Source: Entomortierella parvispora E1425
Lineage: Eukaryota > Fungi > Mortierellomycota
Direction: 5' to 3'
Assembly: GCA_020891255.1 (NCBI GenBank)
Contig: BQFW01000010.1
Span: 186,001-250,000, forward strand
Length of the DNA: 64,000 nucleotides
Under the pieces are notes generated by a model that worked only from the letters and a program-made list of their open reading frames with translations, was not told the DNA's origin and ran no database searches. Position 1 is the first letter of the stretch; the number at the start of each line of letters is the position of its first letter. Positions 54,811 through 64,000 of this stretch are shown piece by piece. The translations under genes and the position numbers were made by a program.

Positions 54811-57401
54811 CTACCACAGCTCGCATTTCTTTGTCGGGTTCATCGGCGCATTCGCAGGGCAGTTGAAAGCATTCGCAAACTGGACCGAGTTTTGGATTGC
54901 GCCATTGATACGGTACTTGGCTGGACTATGAGGGTCGACGAGGATCTGCAGCAGGAACAACTCTGGAGTCTGTACAGAGCACCACAGTCGTGCAAACGAG
55001 ATGAAAAAGATTTGCTCTGGTGAATATTTCTCCAGTCCGGGGAGTCTTTGGTTCTTGAGTCCTCCTTTGTCATCTTTGTATCGAGTCTGCCAAGTGTTGA
55101 ATGCCTGCTTTAGTCCCCCGTTGTCAGCAATGTTCTCTGGAAGAGTAAGTTTGCCGTTGACATGATAGTCCTTGCCGTCAGCACCCTTGATTGTAAAGTT
55201 GCTGTACTGATCAACAAAGCACTGAGCCCTCTCGTTGAACGCTGCGGTTGTGGTGTTGGTCCACCACTACAATAGAAAGAAAAATCGCGGGTTTAGTCAT
55301 CCACAGTAAAAAGAAGACAACTCTAGGACCAACTCGGGCTACACTATTCCCCACTTACATCAGCCAGCCTTCCCTCGGAGTCAAACAAATGGCCGTTGTT
55401 GTCAAAACCATGCTATCAGCAAACAAAAAGAGACATAATGGTGTCAGTCGACACGGCCGGTCACATATAAATCTTGTCAAGAGAATGGCACCCCGTTACT
55501 TACTGTGACCTCGTGGGCTGCAATCATCCCAATGGCGCCGTAGTTGACGTACTCTGGATTATCCGCATGAAAAAAGGGCGGCTGCAAAATTCCGGCCAAG
55601 AAGTAAATCTGGTTGTAAAGTGCATTGTAGAAAGCATTGACGGTTGGAGGGGTAAATCCCATCGTGTCCTTCTTGTTCACGGGCTCCTTCAATTTCGAGT
55701 AGCTCATCTTCGAAGCCCAAGCTAGAGCGCGAACCTCGTTTCCATAATAATCATCTGGCTCTACCCGGAAGTCCTTGTAGTATTCGTCCAGAGACTTTGG
55801 ATCCATGTCATTGGGTTTATCGTGGGAGTAACCAATCAGAGCAACAATGGCCTTCAGCTTCTTGATCGCACCATCGACAGTGATCTTGTTTAACCAGTTC
55901 AGGTTCGGGAAGACCTGGCTGTAGGTCGAAATGGTAGATTCGATCATTTCGCGAATCTGATCTCGGATCTGGTCTGTAAAGGTCTCTTTAACGTAGTAGT
56001 GACCAGAGAGCTCGCCAATATTGCTGTCTACGATCGCAACACAGCCTTTCCAACGGTCCTTGGCCGCCGTGGAATTGGATCCTATCAGTGTGGCACTCAA
56101 ATCAAGAATCGGCTGTCTGAACTCTGAGCCCAGGTTGACAGCACGCGCGTGAATCACGCTCCAGACAAAGTAATTTTGAAGCGCTTTTGGAGAGGCTTGT
56201 TGGAGAAAAGTCTCGAGCCTGATTTGATAGGAAGGCGAAACGACAATCACTGTCTCCGGCGCTTGAACATCCTCTGGCAATGTTCCGTTCATAAGAAGAG
56301 GCCAATCCACTGAAGGCGTCGACGATGCAAGCTGACTGACGGTCATGGGGTTGTGCATCTTGGAAATATCATAGGTGTCGGTGGTGTTGGAGGCAATACC
56401 TGCCAGTTGAGTTTCAAAATCGACCACAGACTTGGCCACTTCCGACCAAGTATCATTTCCACTACCGGCATTGGTACCGTTGGATGGCGGCGATTGCTGC
56501 TGTTGCTGTTGCTCACCCAGAACGAGGGTAAACATATCACGGATCGTTGTCTCGTACGTGGTCATGATGGCTGGGGCAGCATAGTACTCCTTGGCCGGCA
56601 GACCCAACCCTCCTTCCAAAACCATCAATGAGTTTTTCGATGGATCCTTGAGATCTCGAACGACTGTCAACATAACAAAACTGGGGATGCCCATATGGTT
56701 TAGGTAGGCAAGCATCTTTGCGAGCGACGTTTTGGTCTGCTCTGATGTCGGATTACCCTCCGAGATAGGAAAGAGTTTGAGTACAGTCTGAATCTCATCC
56801 TGGAGAGGCTTTCGGCCTACTTGATTGATGCGGTCTTCATCCATGCAACTAGAATATAGGGCCTGAAGCTTGGCCAAGTTTCGTTTATCCACGTCGTCGT
56901 CGCCAGAGGAAGGTTTGGGGGTCGACGAACTGTTGACGTCAAGGATCGAGCGGAGAATGAGCTGGTTCTTTTCAATGTCAATGGAGAAGTGGTCGATTGC
57001 CGACTGGTCAGGAGGGATCACTGATTTTGAATTGAACCCTCCACCTGGGGCACAAAGAAAAAAAAAGCGGTCAGCGACAGCGGACCATCAGAGGAGGCAA
57101 TTGAGTTCTTTTGCAGTTCAGTGACAGTAAACCTACAAGCAAATTCATTGAAGTCCTGGCATGGATCTGCCTGCGGGTTCATATCATAGAGGATGTCTTT
57201 TGCGATTTGGGTACACTGCTGCGTGGTGCATACGGCCTATTGTGTGTCGGCGGATGTCAGAAAAGGGATTGTTGATTGTCGTTGTACAATCATTTTTTTT
57301 TTTTTTTTTTTTTTTTTTACCTCTTTACCCGGAATTGCAGCCGAAAGAACAACCGGGATTGCAGCGGCCACAGTCAAGATCCAAAAAACTCTGTGAGCCA
57401 T
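54811..57401 (-). CDS. Secreted M13 (neprilysin/ECE-like) zinc metallopeptidase (743 aa); exons 57401-57321, 57236-57137, 57044-55504, 55412-55359, 55266-54811
   Basis: Signal peptide MAHRVFWILTVAAAIPVVLSA. Motifs VCTT..C, DPCQDFNEFAC|GG, VNAFY, HEVT|HGFD (HExxH), ENIADNGG, PHSP..YRING and MNP.KKC.LW. Confidence 0.94.
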
Positions 57402-57933
57402 GACAATTGAGCAATTGATGACAAAGTGGGCAACAGGGTGCGACGAAGGTGTTTTGTTTATGAGCGTAATAGGCGCCGGGATGAGGAAGAAGAGAGGGTT
57501 CTGTTTCTTTACGAGAAAGAGTTGATATTCGGTAAGATCGAAGATCCATTTTTCTTATATATCTTGAGATCTGCTGTGGGCTTTTGGCCGACTGTTATCG
57601 TGACAGCCCAATGCGCCCATTTTAGGCAGGAAGAAAACTGTCGACTTTTTCTTTTCGCTAGATCCTAATCATGGGCTGAGCCAATCCCGGGGAGAACTGG
57701 GTACCAGCCACGCTATTTTTCATCGCACTACTGCAAGGCCCAATTCCTGGATGATACCGCCAAGCATTTAGGGGAAGAAGATGTTGGCCAGCCTAATTAC
57801 GCAACTATGGGCTGGGGGAATTACCGAGGAGCAAAGTCGACAATCCACTGCGGTTAAGGGGCGATAGCTCCATGATGTTTCGATCAGATGTACGAGTTGG
57901 TTGGGGTTCCCGTTTGAGATTTGTTTATACTAG

Positions 57934-58462
57934 GATCGAACGACTGTCCTTGAAGGGCTCGCCTTTGGAATGTGCGATCAGGGAATGGTCAACTCATTGG
58001 AGCCGTCCGCGCCTCGGAAGGTCCTGACGATCAACTGGAGGGCGACGATGTGAGGTAAGTTGGATGTGCCCGTGTCCAACATAAAAAAACGTTGACCTGG
58101 GAAGGGCTTCCTACAGGGGTCGTTCCCTATGAGCGAGGCCTTCCTAACAAAGCGTTGGGTTCTGTTTTGATAGTTATTGGCTCGCGGCCGAGTACCATGG
58201 ACAGGGCCTGATGGCTAAGGCACTGAAGCTGATGTTACAAGAGATTTCAATCAAGAAGGCAGGCAAACGCAAGTTCAACGCACATGCTCATATTGGCAAC
58301 TGGGCGAGTCGCAGGACCTTGGAGAAGGCTAGCTTTGTGTATCTGTCACACGTACATCAGCACGGTCTCCACATCTGGCGACTCCGTCAGTTCCTCATGG
58401 AGGAAGATTTGGCCGTCAGGGAGGTGGTAGTCGACGCTGTCCCATTGTCGTCGCTCAGTTGA
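57934..58462 (+). pseudogene. RimJ/RimL-type GNAT acetyltransferase, probably degenerate; exons ~57934-58054, 58174-58462
   Basis: GNGQLIGAVR...DDV|SYWLAAEYHGQGLMAKALKLML...NWASRRTLEKASF matches the family pattern GYWL...GxG...A and N.AS...LEK.GF. Intron 58055 GTAAGT...CCTAAC...TAG 58173. No clean 5' exon or ATG found. Confidence 0.6.
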
Positions 58463-58806
58463 GAAACCATTCATCGTTCCTCCATATCCACAACGAAACA
58501 TACCCCCCCCCCCCCTCAAAAAAAAAGAACAGTGGTGATAATGGAATTATATTATACACACAGCATGGGTTCACGATTTGGCTCCTCGGAGAAGGAACGA
58601 GAACTTTAGGCACAAATCACTACACACACACACACACACACGAAAAACAAACCCCCGGCCATCGATGGCGAGCGAACATATTCAGATCACGTGAGTTCAA
58701 GGGCTGGGTGCGACCATGCGAAGATGCGAGAGGAAGTTCGAGCATACGTGCCTCATCTTTCATTGCCCACATGCGCTCCTCATTTCTCCACTTTTTCTAA
58801 ATTGCG

Positions 58807-59199
58807 ATGCTAGCCCTTCTAAATATCTTGATCTTGCTCGCACTTTTGTCAGCCGGTACCGCTTCGACCTCAAATGAAGATCCTTGGTCGGACCCTTGGT
58901 TGCTCGACTGGGACAACGGGTGGAGGGTCAACATTCACGGAGAACCGATCGACCCCGAGACTGGCTGCTTCGGAGAACCTTGTAAGCCGTTCAAACTGCC
59001 CGAACCACACCCTCCTTATATTCTCCCGGATTTATGCAAATCAGCCACTGGCCCCGGAATGGTCCCCTGCTTCGATTACTCAAAATATCCTGATAGGTTT
59101 CCTGAGCAAACCGACGAGGAATTTGAGGCTTCTAAGCTTTCTCCACTAAACGGAGACGATGATACCCTCGATTGCTACGGCACGCAGGATACGATATAA
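58807..59199 (+). CDS. Small secreted acidic Pro/Trp-rich hypothetical protein (130 aa)
   Basis: ATG at 58807 and hydrophobic signal MLALLNILILLALLSAGTA. 5 Cys. No recognised domain. Confidence 0.5.
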   Translation: MLALLNILILLALLSAGTASTSNEDPWSDPWLLDWDNGWRVNIHGEPIDPETGCFGEPCKPFKLPEPHPPYILPDLCKSATGPGMVPCFDYSKYPDRFPEQTDEEFEASKLSPLNGDDDTLDCYGTQDTI

Positions 59200-59298
59200 A
59201 TGGTTTCATACAGCCTTCGTGGACTGAGTTGAGGCAGATATTATTGCAACTTGCTGATCGACCGGGTTTTCACATGAGGTCTCTGGTAGACTGGCCAT

Positions 59299-59600
59299 TC
59301 AAGTGTCAATGTTGCGGATGCACATGATTGGCATCCCCGGCTTCAGTCGCAGTTCGTATAGGAGGAACCCGGGGGGAACAAAATCCTTGAGAACGTGCTG
59401 GCTAATGACGCGGCTGGCTTCTCCATCATCATCGTTGGCAACGGTGTCTACTGCTGTAAAGACTGCTGCTTCTTGGTCAGGACAAAACATTTCCGCTGCA
59501 AAGTTGCTGAGGCATTCTGCTAGAGTATTGCGATCGGCGAGAATGGCTCTGTCGACGAAATCTGGCGTGGCTGTTTTGTCGTCGATGTCAGGGTGCTGCT
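59299..59600 (-). mobile_element. Helitron-type PIF1 helicase relic
   Basis: HPDID...DFVDRAILADRN...AVFTAVD...VLKDFVPPGFLLYELRLKPGMPIMCIRNID resembles the Helitron helicase pattern RAILxPxN...Y.S.D...P.G.PPH.L.LK.G.PIML.RN. Stops occur where GLCNGTR is expected. Confidence 0.75.
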
Positions 59601-60267
59601 GGTGCTGGCAGCGTGGGGATGGCTTTCGGGCCGTTTTGCTGACGGATACTCTCGAGTTTCACCTGAACCATATCGTCGTGTCCGTCATTGTCCTTCTCTC
59701 GCTGTCTCTTTCTCTGGTCTTGATTGGCGCCGCTAGTGCCACAGGTGGTGAGGGTGCTGTTTTACTGAGGTTTAGTCATCGGAGAATGCCTATTGGAGAT
59801 TCCGTCGCCTGTTTTTTGTTGATAGAATGGAGGCAATGCGGGGAGTGTCAGTTGAATAGTGATGAATAAAGGGAGGGGACGGTGAGCGAGGAAGCTAAAG
59901 GTGATGTCGACTCAAACTACATGTACTGGTCATAGATGCAGAGAGACAGCGATGAAAAGGACATGCCGCAGGTTTTTGTGAAAAAAAGACACAACCAAAT
60001 CGGCTGAGACCTGGAAGCTTTGATGATGGATGACCTCCGTTGTCGATCTGTCAAAGGCGCTGTAGCAAATCGAGTGAATAAATGCCGGGGCATGCTAAAT
60101 CGGATGTCCACAACGCCTTAATCTGCCCAAAGCTCCCTTCGACTGCAGTTTCAGCCGCAGCATCAACTGCAATCATGTTTGACCCGCGGCATTGACACTC
60201 AAAAGGAAAGATCTCTGTTTGGACCGGTTGGAGCAAGATGGTGCACTGAACATTGTATCATACCCTT

Positions 60268-62097
60268 TTAATTGTACTCTGTGTAATTTCCCGGGCCTGA
60301 CCCTGAGTGCAAGAAGGTATACTCTAGATCCGGTAACAGTCTCTTCAACTTTCGCCAGCAATACATATCTTTCATATACGTCCTCAACCACTCAGTGTTG
60401 TTAGTCCTGAAAGTTATCTCTTTGAGCTGTGGCCAATGCTCCGCAATGAACTCCATCTCGGGCTCGCCCATCCGTGACCAAAAATCATGCATCAAACGAA
60501 GATGCTTCAGTTTCCTCCAACGAGTGAGATACCCAAGACACCCCTCCACTTTTCCGGCCGTCAGCATGAGATCCGTCAGCGAGATATTGGTTCTGATCCC
60601 TGGAGTGCCATAGCCGAGCGTCAATTCCTCCAACTCTTCCAGTCGTCCAATGGCCTTGTAAAACCGCACAACGTGCTCCCAACTCTTGTGCCTCGCTACT
60701 TTTGGAGGCGGTGGACAAAGGTGATGGGCTGGCTCCTCCATCTGAACACACAACTTTCTGAGTCCCTGACAGATCCAGCGGTCCGGCCACCACTCCAATG
60801 GATAACCGCCTGGTTTGCTGTTGTGCCAATTCATGTTGAGAACTTTGAGATTCTTGCAGCATTGCACGAGCAAACCCAGGCCAGCAAAGCGTTGTCCGCC
60901 AATAAAAGAGGTCAGCTCTTGTAACGTCATCAAATGGGGCTCGAGGGCCGATCCGATCTGGATCCAGTCCAGATTGCCGTCGGTAAGAACAAGAGACCGC
61001 AAGCCAGCTCCACCGTTTACGCCGTCTTTGGAAGAGCAACCCTCAAGAATTGTCTTCACCGGCAGGGTGATAAAGTCCGCATCGGGGTACTTTTGGGTGT
61101 ACAAGGGAGCGGTAACCTTTTTCATGCTAGGACATGAGGACCGTACAGCTTTACGAAGATCCTCGGCTTTCCAGCGGGTTCCATCCAAGATGTCGTCGAA
61201 AAAGGGTACGCTCAGTTCTTCCAAGTCTGGGACACAGTCCCTGAAGAACGGCACCAGGAAATCAATGGGGTATATAGTGCATGGAAGTCGTAGGAACTTG
61301 AGCTTGTCCGAGCGTCGATGCGGTGGACGTCTTTGCAACAGATCCAAGGTCTGATCAAAGAGAGATTCCCACTCCTCACTTCCAATGATATACTCCTCTG
61401 ACTGCCTGGCCTCAAACTTGCAGTCTAGTTTGATCAGATTCGGGAGTCCCATACATCGCTCGACAAGGACAACTGATGCAGTCAGAGGGACATAATGGTC
61501 GCCAACCGTTTCCATGACAAATTTTTCCAGTCTTGGGAGAGAAAACGTGATTGCGTTCAAGAAGGAGTTCAGGTACCGAGCTTCGTATTCCAGCATATCG
61601 GCAGGGATAGTAAGATCAGTCAAAAATGGCGTTTGCTGAAAGAGCAAGATCAGCTGCTCGTTGGTTTTCTTTGACCAAATGACGCGTGGAAGCTTGAGGG
61701 AAGACAAACTGGCTGATGAGTCCACGACAAAGGACAGATGGTGAAGACCAAAGCGAGTGTGGCTGCCTACAATTCCAGCCAAAACTGCTTGACGGTAATA
61801 GCGCAATTGCACAGAGTTTTCCAAGGCATTGTATATGGACCTGACGGTGTTGATATCGGCTGCAGAGAGATCCAAGGATTGGATGAGATGGATTTTGTTT
61901 GTGAGTGCAGGCGAGAGAGATACCCTACGAGCCATTTCGCGAGGAATAGTTTGCCAAAGGAAGGGAGTGAAGGCCGCGTTGTTTGCTCGGTTGGTGCACA
62001 CCAGCCGAGTGAGCTCACGAATGGGCAGGTGCTGGCCCAGGAGATGCAAGAGCTCTGGCACAGCGAAGAATCGAACAATGGCGCTGTCTTGCTTCAT
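60268..62097 (-). CDS. F-box/LRR-like protein, subfamily C (609 aa, intronless)
   Basis: FFAVPELLHLLGQHLPIRELTRLVCTNRANNAAFTPFLWQ. YPIDFLVPFFRDCV, WICQGL, LTLGYG and EHWPQL. Confidence 0.85.
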   Translation of the reverse strand: MKQDSAIVRFFAVPELLHLLGQHLPIRELTRLVCTNRANNAAFTPFLWQTIPREMARRVSLSPALTNKIHLIQSLDLSAADINTVRSIYNALENSVQLRYYRQAVLAGIVGSHTRFGLHHLSFVVDSSASLSSLKLPRVIWSKKTNEQLILLFQQTPFLTDLTIPADMLEYEARYLNSFLNAITFSLPRLEKFVMETVGDHYVPLTASVVLVERCMGLPNLIKLDCKFEARQSEEYIIGSEEWESLFDQTLDLLQRRPPHRRSDKLKFLRLPCTIYPIDFLVPFFRDCVPDLEELSVPFFDDILDGTRWKAEDLRKAVRSSCPSMKKVTAPLYTQKYPDADFITLPVKTILEGCSSKDGVNGGAGLRSLVLTDGNLDWIQIGSALEPHLMTLQELTSFIGGQRFAGLGLLVQCCKNLKVLNMNWHNSKPGGYPLEWWPDRWICQGLRKLCVQMEEPAHHLCPPPPKVARHKSWEHVVRFYKAIGRLEELEELTLGYGTPGIRTNISLTDLMLTAGKVEGCLGYLTRWRKLKHLRLMHDFWSRMGEPEMEFIAEHWPQLKEITFRTNNTEWLRTYMKDMYCWRKLKRLLPDLEYTFLHSGSGPGNYTEYN

Positions 62098-62435
62098 GGG
62101 GAATGGGGAGGGATGATGCGTGCATGTTGGACGCGACAGGAATGAACGAGCTCACAACATGCAAGCGAATGTCCGTGAGATTTTTTTTTGGACGCGGCAC
62201 GGAATAGGGGTGAGTGAATTGATAGGATTTGCGATCAAAGAAGAATTTCTGTGGCGGCTGCAACGAGGCACAAGAGAGCGCCTCAGTCTTCCGGCTTCTG
62301 GGCAACACCACAGGAAGAGAGAATGCACAAAGTGACCAACGGAGAAAAAAGCGAAAGACAAAGGCGACATCGACGATACATTGACAACGACCTCTGTATA
62401 TTGCGAGGAGACCTTCTTCGAAGAATGACTATGTT

Positions 62436-64000
62436 TTACTGTGGATGGGGAACAGTCGAACTTTTTATAAACGAAAACGCCAGATTAGGGAGCTGCCTTT
62501 TCAACATTCGCCAGCAGTGCATCGTGTTTAAAAACTTTCTCATCCAATCGATATCATCAGTCCTGAAAGTGAGGTCTACGAGCTGCGGCCAATGTTCTGA
62601 AATAAAGTCAATCTCAGCCTCGCCCATTCGTGACCAAAAGTCATTCATCAACCGGAGACGCCTTAGTTTCTTCCAGCGAGTGAGATACCAAAGACATCCT
62701 TCCGTATTCTGGAATGTCAGTAGGAGGTCTGGAAGTCGCATGAAACTCGTGAAACTCGAGGCGCCATAGCCAAGCGTCAAGTCCTCTAATGCCTCCAATT
62801 GACCGATAGCCAGGTAAAATCGATTTACCTGCTCCCAATTCTGCTGCTTCGCCTCTTCAGATGCTGTTGGATCTATCCCATACGCTGGATCCTTCATTTG
62901 AACACAAAGCACTCTGAGCCCTCGACAGACCCATTCGCTGGGCCACTTGTCCAAGGGATAGCCACCAGGTGTTTTGTAACTCCAATTCATATTGAGAATT
63001 CGAAGTTTTTCAGAGCGCTGTACAAGCAAACCCAGTCCTGCCAAGTGTTGTCCGCCAACTTTAGACGACAGCACCCGCAGAGTCTGAAAATGGGGCTCGA
63101 GCGCTGATTCAATCTGGGTCCAGTCCAAAACACTGTCAGTCGCATCAAAGCTCTGCAAACCTGTCTCGACGACAGCGTCGCCAGCGTCGCCCTTGGATGC
63201 GCAACTCTCCAGAATTGTCTTCACCGCCAAGGTAATATAGCCGTCTCGTTGATAAGGTTGAGTATACCTGCAAACAGTAACACTCTTGATATTTGGACAC
63301 GAGGATTGTATAGCTTCTCGAAGGTCATTGCCAGTCTGTTGAACCCAGTCCACGGGTACGTCGAAATACGGCACGAATAGCGTTTCCAAGTCGTGAACGC
63401 AGTCCTTAAAGAAAGGTACCAAAAAATCGAGGGGCCATATCGTGCAAGGGAGTCGAAGCTTCCTGAGCTTATTCGATCTTTGATGCGGCAAACGGCCCTG
63501 TAGCTGGTCCAAGCATTGAGCAAAGAGCGTTCGCCAGACTTCACTTCCAATGGGATATGTCTCGTTCTGATTGGGTTCGAACTCGCACAACAGCGTGTCC
63601 AGATTCATAAGTTCAAGGCATCGCCCCACAACGACTAGGGATGATTGCAGAGATATGAAGATCTTTCTCTTCCTTGATATGGTTAACCGTTGAAGTCCTG
63701 GGAGCGAAAACGTGAGCGCGTTCATGAAGGCGTTCAGGTGTCTGGGTTCATACTCGAGTATATCGGCAGGAACGCTGAGACAGGTCAAGAATGACGTCTG
63801 CTGAAGAAGCATGATCAGTTGTTCATAGATATTCTTTGACCAGGCGATGGGTGGAAGCCTAGATGGTGTAGAGTCCGATTTGTCAACGACAAAGTGCAGA
63901 GAGCGAAGGCCAGAACCGGTGTGGTCGATTTTCGTTCCATACTGAGCGGCTTGACGGCAAGAGCGCAGTTCCTTGGAGAATTCCATCGCGATGTTCAAGG
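62436..64000 (-). CDS. F-box/LRR-like protein, subfamily C, tandem paralog of 60268..62097 (5' end outside the window)
   Basis: Colinear with 60268..62097: LRLPCTIWPLDFLVPFFKDCV, LEPHFQTL, PGGYPLDKWPSEWVCRGL and DFWSRMGEAEIDFISEHWPQL. Confidence 0.85.
   Translation of the reverse strand, partial: LNIAMEFSKELRSCRQAAQYGTKIDHTGSGLRSLHFVVDKSDSTPSRLPPIAWSKNIYEQLIMLLQQTSFLTCLSVPADILEYEPRHLNAFMNALTFSLPGLQRLTISRKRKIFISLQSSLVVVGRCLELMNLDTLLCEFEPNQNETYPIGSEVWRTLFAQCLDQLQGRLPHQRSNKLRKLRLPCTIWPLDFLVPFFKDCVHDLETLFVPYFDVPVDWVQQTGNDLREAIQSSCPNIKSVTVCRYTQPYQRDGYITLAVKTILESCASKGDAGDAVVETGLQSFDATDSVLDWTQIESALEPHFQTLRVLSSKVGGQHLAGLGLLVQRSEKLRILNMNWSYKTPGGYPLDKWPSEWVCRGLRVLCVQMKDPAYGIDPTASEEAKQQNWEQVNRFYLAIGQLEALEDLTLGYGASSFTSFMRLPDLLLTFQNTEGCLWYLTRWKKLRRLRLMNDFWSRMGEAEIDFISEHWPQLVDLTFRTDDIDWMRKFLNTMHCWRMLKRQLPNLAFSFIKSSTVPHPQ

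Overview
Eukaryotic (fungal) genomic DNA with GT-AG introns, most consistent with Mucoromycota, family Mortierellaceae (inference from a CotH gene, an intact CENP-C, an ARM-like/NACHT/pentapeptide/WD40 gene and many intronless F-box/LRR-like genes). Conserved intron-containing genes (malate synthase, CENP-C/Mif2, CotH, a SAM methyltransferase, ERG24, RRP6, a Cti6-like PHD protein, an M13 peptidase) are interleaved with a fast-evolving accessory layer. That layer holds nine intronless F-box/LRR-like genes (one subfamily trio with a recent ~3 kb tandem duplication, a second trio, three singletons), a 1792-aa NLR-like gene, two small secreted proteins, a Helitron helicase relic, a GNAT relic and a polarised 21-bp minisatellite. 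Gene models were built by hand from splice sites and reading-frame continuity. No database searches were run. The leading hypothesis is a diversifying intracellular surveillance repertoire (SCF adaptors plus NLR), possibly linked to bacterial endosymbionts or antagonists.
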